Assembly (NCBI GenBank): GCA_030141605.1 | Contig: JAQGDQ010001066.1 | Coordinates: 1,837-65,836 of the forward strand | Length of the DNA stretch: 64,000 nt | From: Tubiluchus corallicola | Lineage: Eukaryota; Animalia; Priapulida | Direction of reading: 5' to 3' | Shown here: in pieces, positions 38,807 through 50,015 of the stretch | How positions within the stretch are numbered: position 1 is the stretch's first letter | Layout: each line of letters begins with the position of its first letter | The notes under the pieces: model-generated | Database searches by the model: none | What the model saw: only the letters and a program-made list of their open reading frames with translations | Told to the model about the DNA's origin: nothing | Translations under genes and position numbers: made by a program

Positions 38807-39173
38807 TGTTACGGAGGCACCTGTGTCGAGTCAGGTGTAGGGCCCTCTACACGCCCTGCTTCCACGTCAGCAGCGACTCACCCCTTTCTTGTAGGTCCAG
38901 ACGTCTTGTTTGGGCCTACACGTGGTGTGAGAAGCCAGCTGACCTGGAATGCCAGTATAAAAGCGTGTAGAGGTCACTACAACCTTGATTTCTGACACAG
39001 GTGCTCCTCGGGTGTAGTGCTGTTACTGAGTTATTTTTTTGTGCACGTGTATTTTTGTTACTTATTTTTATTAGTGCTGTTAATAAACTCCGTACAGAGT
39101 AGTTTTTGTGTATTTTGTTTTATGAGAGTTAGATGACACGCTATAACAGGTATAAGGTACTTGTTTACAGACA
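38807..39173 (+). mobile_element. Solo-LTR-like element, copy 2
   Basis: TGTTAC start, TATAAAA and AATAAA inside; near-identical inverted copy at 24318-24684. Confidence 0.6.
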
Positions 39174-39379
39174 TTAATTTAGCTAATTAACATAACATTT
39201 GTAATTAAAATTGACATTTGTAGTTAAGTAATCAGTTACACAACGATAGTAAAATGGATCTTCATGATGCGCAATATCAAGACCGCTATGCCATCTTGGA
39301 GTTCGACCCCCTGGGTCGCATTCAGTCCAATATTAATAATTACATTCCAAGATTGCAGCTAACGGAGGATGACGTTTTT

Positions 39380-39770
39380 TTCTCTTTAAGCACAAGAAAA
39401 CCCTCCACTTACATAAAGCTTAAAAAGTTCATTTCGAAATTTTATACCGCTTACGCGCTCCCATGGCTTAAACTTCCGCGATGGCCGTTAAGGGCAGCCA
39501 TTTTAATGGTTGGTCGTCTGAAACAAGTTTTGGACATCAAGTAAAGTTTGGTAAAATAATCAGAGCATTCCTAACATACATTTTGCTAATTAAGTAAAAT
39601 TTTAAATTATTGCATCTTGTCAATAAGATTAAAAATACGTTTTTGGCTAATGAATGGCGCACCCTGGAGGGTGAGTCATTTTACCAATTCGCACAAACAT
39701 TTTAAATTATTAGTCTAGTTACATAAGTCTTTCCAGCAAGTAAGCGAAATGTTAAGTAATATAGATTTGC
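39380..39770. repeat. Dispersed repeat (probable MITE); inverted copies at ~42620-43070 and ~61160-61580
   Basis: Shared gcacaagaaaaccc, cagccattttaatggt and aaattattagtctag segments in opposite orientation. Confidence 0.6.
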
Positions 39771-39958
39771 ATAGAAAGTTTTTTGGGACATAATTTAACA
39801 TTGCCTTTTCTTCCTCCTGTTTTTAGTGGCATAGTGACGTCATGTAATGGCGCCATCGGAAAATTATTGCGGGAGATTTAAAATGAAAACAAAACAAAAT
39901 ATAATTTTTTAAGGGAAATTTTGCGAAACCTATACCAGGTGCCCCTTTTCTTTACTTT

Positions 39959-40160
39959 AAGTGGCGTTTACCAGACATCCCGATGCACACGCATTTGAGG
40001 TTGGGGAGGCCGAATAGGTAATCGGTATATATTGTTTCCAGTTTATGCAGCCTGAGTTACTCTTTTTCTGAAGTGATTCCTATTGGTTTTTTTCCCAGGC
40101 TCTTTCATGGGTGGAAAACGCGTCCGCACAACGCATCCGGATGCTAGGTAAGTGCCACTT
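39959..40160. mobile_element. Small MITE
   Basis: TIRs aagtggcgtttaccagacatcccgatgc / gcatccggatgctaggtaagtgccactt. Confidence 0.55.
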
Positions 40161-40358
40161 TTCATTGATTAATGGAGTCGTGATTTTAGAGTCTTTACAT
40201 TCTAAACAGCAGACTAACAATTTGCATATAATCAAATCTGACGAGTAGAACGCTAATTGTTTCTACATATTATCTTTTTTTGGATTTTAATAACTTAATA
40301 CGTAGAACGATGTTGTTCTTTTAGAATCAGTTGTTCTAAATTAAATCATAGCAAAAAA

Positions 40359-42149
40359 ATGAAGAAATTGTCCGCATTGCTATTTTTGTTGTATCTTTTT
40401 AAAAACACTTTAAGCACTAGACCCTGGAATGTAAAAGATCCAAATAATTTTAAAGTATTATATCCATATAAGGATGGAAATCACAACCATAAAGAGGAAC
40501 TTCCAGCTCAAAACGTATCTATTATAGCTGACCCGATGCTGTACAAAGACAACGGATCCAACTCGCTCCTACGAGAAGTGTGTGTTACAAAAGATCCCAG
40601 TGACCCCAGGCAAGCGATATTCTTTGGTTTGCGGAACATGGACCTTCCATGTGACACTGACTCTGTATACATATATTCAGTAGATTTAATATCAGGTCAT
40701 GAAGGGGAATCTAAGACTTTATGTAACAAAGACGTAAGCTGGTTTCAATCTGGATTATCTGGACCTGCTACACTATGTGTTTACTTTAAAACAAATGAAA
40801 CAGGAACAAATCCTGCTGTTGAGGTACTAATCGAAGTCCGTCATCCTCCATCAACATGTGAAGAATGTGGAGACAACGCTGCCCAATGCAATCGTAAATA
40901 CGAGAGCGAACCTGAATACTTTGTTTGCAAATGCAACCGAAGCGTCGTACAATGGATTGGGCCAGTCTGTGACGACCGAAGAGATCTTTGCTTCTCTATG
41001 CCATGTCAGAACTCCGGAAAATGTAATAATTTCTACAGTGCTTTTAACTGTACCTGCCCAGCTGGTTATGTTGATGAGTTGTGCAGCAAATTTGATCCTT
41101 GCTTTTCGACTCCATGTCAGAATGGCGGAACATGCACAAATATGACGGACAAGTACACATGCTCTTGTGAAGAAGGATATGTTGGATATAATTGCGAGAC
41201 ATTTGACCCCTGCTCTTCGACTCCATGTCAGAATGGTGGAAAATGCGCAAATATGCCGGACAAATACACCTGCTCTTGTAAAGAAGGATATGCTGGATAT
41301 AATTGCATGACATTTGGCCCCTGCTCTTCAAATCCATGTCAGAATGGTGGAACATGCACAAATACGCTGTTCAAACACACATGCTCTTGTGAAGAAGGAT
41401 ATTTTGGATATAATTGCGGAGCATTTGTCCCCTGTTCTTCAAATCCATGTCAGAATGGTGGAACATGCACAACTATGCCGGACAAATACACATGCTCTTG
41501 TGAAGAAGGATATGCTGGATATAATTGCGAGACATTTAACCCCTGTTCTTCAAATCCGTGCCAGAATAGTGGAAAGTGTATTAAAGCATATATGACTGAG
41601 GCATATTTTTGTTCATGTGCGCAAGGATACCAAGGGGCCAACTGCAACATGTCTGACCCTTGCACTTCATACCCATGTCTGTACAATGGAACATGCACTC
41701 GTGAAGACAACATTTACAGGTGTAAATGTCTCGAACCATTTTCTGGTGAAAATTGCAACATACTGATTAAGGAAGGAATATGTCCAAGTAAGGAGAAACT
41801 TGATAAAAGCAAATGTCTAACTGCGTCTTGTAGCAAGGATAATGATTGTGGTGGAATTGAAAAATGCTGTGAGTACGAATCTTGTGGCAAAATCTGCATT
41901 CTTCCATCAGGTTACTTAAAAGCTGATGAAAAAAAAACCCAAAAGGCATCGCTGAACATATTTGAAATTCTTGGCATCACTATGGCTTGTGTATACATTA
42001 TTATTTTGATAACAGGCTTAACTACACTTCATCTACGACGAATGCAAATACAACCTGCTGTGGTATCTTCAACGTGGTTAAACGAGGAAGAAGAATCACA
42101 AAAAAAACAGGAAGAGGAGGAATCAGACACAGACTATGAAAGGCTATGA
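40359..42149 (+). CDS. Type I membrane protein: signal peptide, CUB-like domain, 8 EGF-like repeats, WAP domain, TM, acidic tail (596 aa)
   Basis: Single ORF; MKKLSALLFLLYLF signal; DLPC..DSVYIY..LC..LCVYF CUB pattern; [12 protein letters not shown] EGFs; GICP..C...CSKDNDCGGIEKCC..SCGKIC WAP; hydrophobic ILGITMACVYIIILITGL. Confidence 0.92.
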   Translation: MKKLSALLFLLYLFKNTLSTRPWNVKDPNNFKVLYPYKDGNHNHKEELPAQNVSIIADPMLYKDNGSNSLLREVCVTKDPSDPRQAIFFGLRNMDLPCDTDSVYIYSVDLISGHEGESKTLCNKDVSWFQSGLSGPATLCVYFKTNETGTNPAVEVLIEVRHPPSTCEECGDNAAQCNRKYESEPEYFVCKCNRSVVQWIGPVCDDRRDLCFSMPCQNSGKCNNFYSAFNCTCPAGYVDELCSKFDPCFSTPCQNGGTCTNMTDKYTCSCEEGYVGYNCETFDPCSSTPCQNGGKCANMPDKYTCSCKEGYAGYNCMTFGPCSSNPCQNGGTCTNTLFKHTCSCEEGYFGYNCGAFVPCSSNPCQNGGTCTTMPDKYTCSCEEGYAGYNCETFNPCSSNPCQNSGKCIKAYMTEAYFCSCAQGYQGANCNMSDPCTSYPCLYNGTCTREDNIYRCKCLEPFSGENCNILIKEGICPSKEKLDKSKCLTASCSKDNDCGGIEKCCEYESCGKICILPSGYLKADEKKTQKASLNIFEILGITMACVYIIILITGLTTLHLRRMQIQPAVVSSTWLNEEEESQKKQEEEESDTDYERL

Positions 42150-43429
42150 CTCAATCAGTAGACAACAAATAAAGAAAGAAAGTCCAGACTAACTTCACAC
42201 AGGAACAGCTAAATTATCGCTGGAAACTATTTTACTCAGTTGTAGAAAATCCTACTGCAGGCAGTATACAATGCACATTACTGTCTGTACGGAAGTATGT
42301 AATATCCTAGATTAAATGACTGGATTGAATCAGCAATTTTGCTATGTTATCTGACGAATGCACGTGCGCATGTGCAATGGCTTATTTCCTTGGCAAGGGG
42401 AATTTGGTTTAAAAGGACAAGAAAACGGGTACCTGAAGTAGGTTACAGAAAAATCGCCTTAAAAATTACATTACTTTGCAGCATTTTTATGCGTATATCA
42501 TGTTTGTGTGGAAAGGAATTTTTTGTCTTCATTTTAAATCTCTTGCAATACTGTTCCAATACTACTCACTACGCAACGTAATTTAGGGGAAGAAAAGGAA
42601 ATGTTAAATTACGTCCCAAGATCTTTCCATGCAAATCTATATTACTTAGCATTTTACTTATCTGCTGGAAAGACATATGTAGCTAGACTAATAATTTAAA
42701 ATTTTTGTGCCAATTGGTAAAATGTCGCTGACTCACACTCCAGGGCGCGCCACTCACTAGTCAAAAAGGTATTTTTAATCTTGATGAAAAGACACAGTAA
42801 TTTAAAATTTTACTTAGTTAGCAAGATGTGCGCTACGAACACTCTGAATATTTTTTCAACCTTTACTTAATGTTATCAAAACTTGTTTCAAACGATCTAC
42901 CATTAAAATGGCTGCGCCTAACAGTCATCGCGGAAGTTTAAAAATATATAAGTTTATACAGATTTTACGGCCGATGCAAGCCATGCATACGAAAATGTAG
43001 TAAGTAAGTGGTATATAATTTCAAGACAAATTTTTTAAGCTTCGTGTAAGTGCAGGGTTTTCTTGTGCTTTCGATTTTGAAATATGCAGCATTTTGATGT
43101 TTAGGATCAGCACGATACATTTTTCCTTAAATATTTCTTGTACACATAATCTGCAAGAAATGTGAAACCAAAATTCTGCCAACTGTTTAGTTTATGCAAT
43201 CTTATTTTACCGTCCTTGGACGCTATTGTAAAACTAATTCAAAACATCCTCTGGTTACAAAGATAATACAATTTTGACGTACGAAAGCCAAGGCGTACAA
43301 TTAGTTCTTATGCAACGTTTTAATAAATAACGGTAGTGATAGTCGCAATCTAATAAGTATGAGGCAAACGATTGAGTTGTAACATAATGTTATCAACTGA
43401 ACATAATAAATTTAGTTTAAGTTAAAATG

Positions 43430-44450
43430 TTTATTGCTAAATAAATTAGAACATTATGGCATTAATCCCAGCTTGAAATAATTAAATAATATTTACAAAG
43501 TAGGAAACAATTTACTTTCATCAATAACTCTTACTCGGAAATTACAGATGCCACAAGGATCTGCCCTTGGCCCTTTATTTTTCTTAATGTATATTAACGA
43601 TATTTCTAATTGTTCCAATTTTCAAATCCGCCTACTTGCTTACGACACAAATCTTTTTCTAGAAGAGACTAACGTAACTAGATTATTACTTAAAGTCAAT
43701 GCAGAACTAACAAAAATGGATGGAATTCCTGGATGCAGCAAATAAGCTCAAAGTTACTTATGTTAAAGCAAAATATATGTTAATCTCTAGCCACCTTGCA
43801 CTATTCCTATCGACTTTTGTATTTCCATGTGAAATCACAATCTCACCACGACAGACAACTTTAAATATCTTGGACTACACATTACTAGGACAGTCCATAT
43901 AAAATCAATATTTTATAAACTAACTAAACTTATCGTTTTTTCTGCAAACTAAGGTATTTTCATGATATTGGTACTCTTAGAATGCTGTACAATTCCCTTA
44001 ATTTCATTATTGCATATTTTGCTGGGACTCAACCAATTTAACTACTTTAAAACCTTTAAAAAGTGTGCAAAATAAATTAGTAAAAATTATAACATTTGCT
44101 GGCTGTCGCGATCATGCCACTCCGCCATTTATTAAATTACAACTGTTAAGAATTAAAGACATTCACGAATTGGAATTGATTATACTTATGTATCGATATG
44201 AAAAATAATTTACTGAAATATTTAAATGTTACTTTAAGCCACTTACTGAATTCCACCAATAACATACTATATCAGCAGACAATCGCAATTATTTTAACTC
44301 AAGGTATGATTCAACTCATGGAATAACTTAATCAAATTTCAAGCCGTAAAAATCTGGAATTCATTAGATGACGGTATTAAAATATGCAAATCCATTGTCA
44401 GTTTAAGTGGAAAAAGTTACCAAATTACTCCTGTCTAATTATACTAGGTG
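43430..44450 (+). mobile_element. Degenerate CR1/L2-like LINE reverse transcriptase remnant
   Basis: KLEHYGI..RKQF..PQGSALGPLFFLMYINDI..A(Y)DTNLF with many stops and frameshifts; duplicated at ~61935-64000. Confidence 0.8.
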
Positions 44451-44526
44451 ACGTACTTATTCTGATACTAATTACATTTATCTAATCAATGGCTAACTAT
44501 ATTTACAAAGCTATAATTGCTATATT

Positions 44527-44674
44527 GCCCTCTGCTCTGGTACCATACAGGGCAGTTAACCCGGCTGCTGGTAGTTAGAGTCTCCTTCTCTAGTCTACAC
44601 AGTGGCAACTCTTGTCTGGCGCGTCCAAGTCGCGGGGGTGGAGGCTGCTTAGGCAGTTACCAAGTTCAGGCAAG
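44527..44674 (+). ncRNA. HDV-like self-cleaving ribozyme at the 5' end of the RTE element
   Basis: P1 GCCCUC (44527-32) / GGGGGU (44634-39); P2 CUUGUCUGGC / GUUCAGGCAAG; P3 GCG/CGC; L3 UCCAAGU; P1.1 CC/GG; P4 GGCUGC/GCAGUU; J4/2 ACCAA; G1 is the first base after the TSD. Confidence 0.82.
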
Positions 44675-47600
44675 GACCCAATGTCGCGGGGTATAACGCT
44701 TCACCCTGGTCAGGGTTACGACCGAAGACCCCAACAGTGGATCAGGCGGAAGTGAACCATGTTTAGTTCTCAACGGCTGAGATGGCGGATGAGGGCAATG
44801 CCATGCGGGCTGGCTAGAAGGCATCTCTCAAAATACTGGAAGAATGGCAGCCTGCTGCGACTTTCAAGGAAATCCTGTCTGTCTACCCCCAGGAGCCACA
44901 GAAATTGATCCGAAAGCCAATTGTGTGGGCTTCTACCCGGCAAGTAATTGCCCACCTTAATCAATCTCACGCCAATGGCCACCTTTCGGTCAAATAAAAC
45001 TCAAGCCCAACTTCGATGGGATAAGGGTGACGGGAGCAGGTTTGGTTAAACTGGAAGCTCTTAGCCTCGACCTGCACGTAGGCGGCAAGTGTGTGATGGT
45101 CGCCTTCTTGAGAAACTGTGACTACTCAAGGATCCGGTCCTGCACTTGTGACTGGGCAGGCCTTTTCAGGACCACCTCAAATGAGGAAGGCCCTAGAAAA
45201 CTTGGGCTAGACTTCGGAAGTCACTTTTTTGCCTGGCTGGACTACCGCACCCAGCGGGTTACCCACTTCTGCGGGCGAAATAAAAAGGAAAATAATCTTA
45301 AAACTACCGTACTAACTATTGNNNNNNNNNNNNGGACACTTCTGGATCGCAAAAATTCGGATAGACCTGAACGACGGACAGCCCTAGTTGCTAAAGAGCT
45401 TGCCAGATTCAACATTGATATAGCTGCTCTCAGTGAAACACGGATTTCTGAAGAAGGGCAGCTTGAGGAGACTGGTGCTGGATACACCTTCTTCTGGAAG
45501 GGAAAAGACCAAGAGGAACGGAGGAACCACGGAGTGGGCTTTGCCATTAGGAGTCAACTGGTCAGAAACCATAACATGGCTCCAAAAGGCATCAACGAAC
45601 GACTTATGACTCTTCGTGTGCCTCTCCCAGAGAATAACTTTGCCACCTTGATTTCTGCCTACGCTCCAACATTGGATGCTCAAGATGATGTCAAGGAAAC
45701 TTTCTACCAACAACTAAGCGACACCATCTCCCAAGTTCCAGCGAGGGACCGCCTTCTACTCTTGGGAGACTTTAATGCTAGAGTGGGCAAAGACAATCTC
45801 CTCTGGGAAAACATTATTGGAAAACAGGGCATTGGTAACTGTAATGCAAATGGACTCCTCCTCCTTGGCCTTTGTGCTGAGCATGAGCTTTTCATCACTA
45901 ATACCCAATTTCGGCTTCCTAACCGTTTCAAAACAACATGGAGACACCCTCGGGCTAAATTATGGCATACCCTTGACTATGTCATTGTCAAACAACAGCA
46001 TAAGAAGGATGTTTTGGTTACTAGGAGCTTGCTCGGTGCTGATGACTGTTGGACAGACCACTGTCTTCTGATCAGCAAAATAAGAATGAGTCTGCATCGA
46101 AAACCAAGAACTCGCATCAACAACCAGGCTAGAAGAAGATATGACACCAGTAAACTAACAAGCCCAACCACGTCTCAAAACTATAGAGATGCGCTCAATC
46201 AAAAGATAACTGCAAACCAAGTTAATACCTCACTAGACTCAGAATGGACTAATCTACGCACGGCTATGGAAGAGGCAGCCCAAGGCACAATTGGACTCCA
46301 AGGAAGGAAGCATCAAGACTGGTTTGACTCCCATGACCAAGAAATCGCTGCTCTCATTGATGCCAAGCGAAAAGCCAGGATAGACCATGAGCAGCATCCC
46401 CTGTCATTCGAGAAGAAAGTCAGGTTCCAACAACTGAAAAGCCAATGTCAGTCCAGAATGAGGGAGCTCCAAAACAACTGGTGACAACAGAAGGCAGAAG
46501 AACTTCAACATCATGCAGATTGCAGAGACCTTAGAAGTTTCTACGCAGGCACCAAGGAGATCTATGGTCCAAGAAGAACATCAGTGGGAACTCTTATGTC
46601 AGCCGACAACACCACCCTCTTGACCGAGAGCCAAGATATTCTGGACCGATGGAAACAGCACTTTAATACCTTGCTAAACCGGAACTCAACGACAGCAGCT
46701 GACTTCCTAAGGAATGTTCCACAGCATCCCCTGCAACCCCAGTTATCGGTTCCACCCAACTTTATTGAGTTTGAAACAGCCATTAAGCGTATGCCTCGAG
46801 GGAAGGCTGCTGGACCCGACAATATCCAAGTGGAACTCATCAGTCATGGTGGACCTGCTCTCAAGAACCGACTGTTCAACCTGATGCTTCAAATGTGGGA
46901 AGCAAAACGAGTCCCAGATGACTTGAAAAACGCACTCATTGTCACTATCTTTAAAAAGGGGGATCGCAACCTGTGTGGAAACTACAGGGGGATATCATTG
47001 CTTTCAATTGCCGGAAAGATTCTGTCAAGAATTATCTTGAACCGTCTTCAGGAGGTTGCAGAAAGGATCATACCTGAATCTCAGTGTGGGTTCCGAGCTT
47101 TACGTGGGACCATTGATATGATCTTCTGTGCGCGACAACTGCAGGAAAAGGCCCGCAAGCAGTGGAAGCCTCTCTTCCTCGTGTTCTATGACTTAGAAAA
47201 AGCCTATGACAGCATTCCGAGAGAAGCCATGTGGGCTGTCCTGCAACGTTTTGGTCTTCCAGATGACTTCATCAAGATGATACAAGCTATGTATGATGGT
47301 ATGACGGCACGTGTTATCAACCAAAACACTATCTCAGAAGAGTTCCCAATCACTTGTGGACTAAAACAAGGCTGTGTCCTCGCACCAACGCTCTTTTCAC
47401 TCTATCTCACTGCTATGCTTCATGACTTTCCACCAGACAATCCAGGGGTGGAATTGAGATGCCGCTTTGATGGGGGGCTCTTCAATCTGTCGCGTTTTCG
47501 AGCCAGGAACCGCACCACAACCTTCAGAGTGACAGAGCTGCAATATGCGGATGACAATGCGGCACCAGCCCACTCAGCCAATCACCTGCAACAATCAGTC

Positions 47601-48494
47601 AGCAACTTCTGTGACGCATATTCTCGCTTTGGCCTTACAGTCAACATAGGAAAAACCAAAGTTATTGTAATATTTATGTAATATTTCCATTAATGGTGCA
47701 GATCTAGAATGTGTTGAACATTTCCCGTACCTGGGCAGCCTACTCGCCGTCCAGTGCAACTCAACAAAGGATGTGGAAAATAGGCTTAGAGCTGCCCATG
47801 CCGCTTTCGGCAGACTCTCAACCCGTGTCTTTGGTAATGCTCATCTAACTCGTCGAACCAAGCTGATGGTCTATAATGCCATTGTCGTTTCCACACTCCT
47901 TTACGGATGTGAAACATGGACTCTGTACCGCCAAGACCTGAAAAAACTCGAACAGTTCCACCAGAAAAAGCTTTGCTCAGTTTCCAACATCAGATGGGAT
48001 GATTATGTCACCAATAATTCAGTTCTCGAGAGATTCAACACCACTAGTATAGAAGCTATGATTACGAAACATCGGCTAAGGTGGGCAGGTCATGTAGCAC
48101 GTATGGACGAAAACAGACTGCCCCGAAGGATCCTCTTCAGTGAGCTGAGCTCTAGGCGCTGCTACAAGGACCAACTAAAAGAAACCGTGCAATCAGCAAG
48201 GATCGATCCAGAAACCTGGGAACAGACAGCGTGGCAGCGAACAAAGTGGAGAAGAGTCATCCAGGAAGGGACTGAGCATTTTGAAACAACCAGACGAGCA
48301 GCAATTGAAGCCAAACGTCAACGAAGGAAAGAGAAGTCCCGTCAACCTCAGGTAACTCCCACCATCCAATGTGACAAATGCACCAGAATGTTTCGAGCAA
48401 AGATCGGTCTGTTAAGCCACCAACGTGCCCACCACAGCTAGTAACTTTGACCGAAAGGACAATACTCGGAAACGAGTGAAAGCCGACGACGACG
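44527..48494 (+). mobile_element. Full-length RTE-clade non-LTR retrotransposon (APE + RT), disrupted
   Basis: 12-bp TSD AATTGCTATATT (44515-26 and 48495-506); APE motifs LSETR, SAYAPT, LGDFNARVG, LDYV; RT motifs YRGISLL, QCGFR, GLKQGCVLAP, QYADD; RLRWAGHV; C2H2 knuckle; (GAC)n tail; stop at 46484, deletion near 47660, N gap at 45322-33. Confidence 0.96.
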
Positions 48495-48506
48495 AATTGC
48501 TATATT

Positions 48507-48517
48507 ATTATTGTTGT

Positions 48518-48594
<77 letters not shown>

Positions 48595-48697
48595 TTGCTG
48601 CTGTTACTGCTGTTGCTGCTGCTGTTGCTGCTGTTTTTGCTGCTGTTGCTGCTGTTGTTGCTGCTGTTGTGGCTGCTGTTGCTGCTGTTGTTTTTGC

Positions 48698-48729
<32 letters not shown>

Positions 48730-48735
48730 TTGTTT
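48507..48735. repeat. (TGC/TGT)n microsatellite
   Basis: Direct reading. Confidence 0.96.
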
Positions 48736-48830
48736 TATGAAATTGTGTTTTTACTACAGGTCATGCGGGTCTTTTCAGAATAACGTTCGTTTTCTGCTCT
48801 CTCTTTTTTTATTAAACAAAATATGCTCTA

Positions 48831-48832
<2 letters not shown>

Positions 48833-48892
<60 letters not shown>
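48833..48892. repeat. (TA)n microsatellite
   Basis: Direct reading. Confidence 0.96.
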
Positions 48893-48899
<7 letters not shown>

Positions 48900-50015
48900 C
48901 TTGATAACCTCTCTCCCCCCGCTCTCTCTCTCTCTCCCTCTTCCTCTTGCTTTCATCTTGTCTAAACACCATGAAACGAACGAAATAATTCGGAATCACA
49001 GTAAAGGTCACACTGCCTAAGAGTGATAGTATTAAGTGGTCACCCATCAAATCAGTTGCCAGGCTTACGTTTGGTAGCCAGTCTCACGCCGTGGTTACTC
49101 ACTATTGCGTACATGCGAAGGTCAACATGATTTATCATCTGATTGTTCTGATGTTACAAATCTATTCTATTATTTTAACGAGCTGACCAAATTTTTTTTA
49201 TCATATGATCCCTATTTTGTGAATACTGTAGTCAAAACAAACCACTTTTTATATCGTGTTACCTAACTGTGCTTTAGAAAAAATTAATTACGTTATCTGT
49301 GACTTATTTTCTATGAATTGATGGTTCTGCGAAGAAACTTTCTGCGAAATGGCAATTCTGGGAAAAATCTTTTCTGGGAAGTAAATTTGTCTGGCAAAAA
49401 ATCTTGTGGCAAAATACTTCTGGGAAAAATCCTTTCAGGGAAACGAGTCTACGGCTTCTATTGCACACGTAAAATACTAATGTTATACAGTGCTTGTACA
49501 TATATCTACAGCAATGAAATTTCGCACCACATAATCTCAGAACTTGCACTGTTAAGGTCAAGAGGAGCCTTTACAGTGAGAGAATTTCTGATTCTATGTT
49601 TATATGTTACGTCCTTGTAACCAGATTTAAGCTATTTCAGAATCTATGTCAGGTACAGTCAGAAATTCAGGGCTCGCAGTACACGGGAGAGATACTTAAG
49701 AGAGCAACCACGACGTATATTTTAGTTTTAAATCGATAGCACAAATTGAAGTGTGAAAACATGTAGTGGGTCAACTTTTCAGTATGAAGATTCTTTTTTC
49801 TTGTTTGTACTAAAGTAAAAATATTTGTGTAGGGTCCAATAGCGTAACATTAATAGTGAATTTGGGGCGTTCGATTCGATTCGAACGAGTTTTTTCCTGG
49901 AAAGTTCATTGTTGCTGCTTATTATCTTTTAACAATTTCGAATAGCTAAAAGAATGATGTCATTCATTTAGAATTAGGTGTTCTAAATGGTACATTTAGA
50001 TTAAATGGTAGCAAA

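Noticed and set aside
40099-40147. Candidate upstream exon adding an in-frame basic N-terminal extension to EGF gene 1
   Set aside because: The donor lies within a MITE TIR and no equivalent exists before gene 2; needs transcript evidence
45027-45333. N-terminal part of the 485-aa ORF as true RTE protein
   Set aside because: The frame crosses an N gap of uncertain length; upstream sequence is probably mostly 5'UTR
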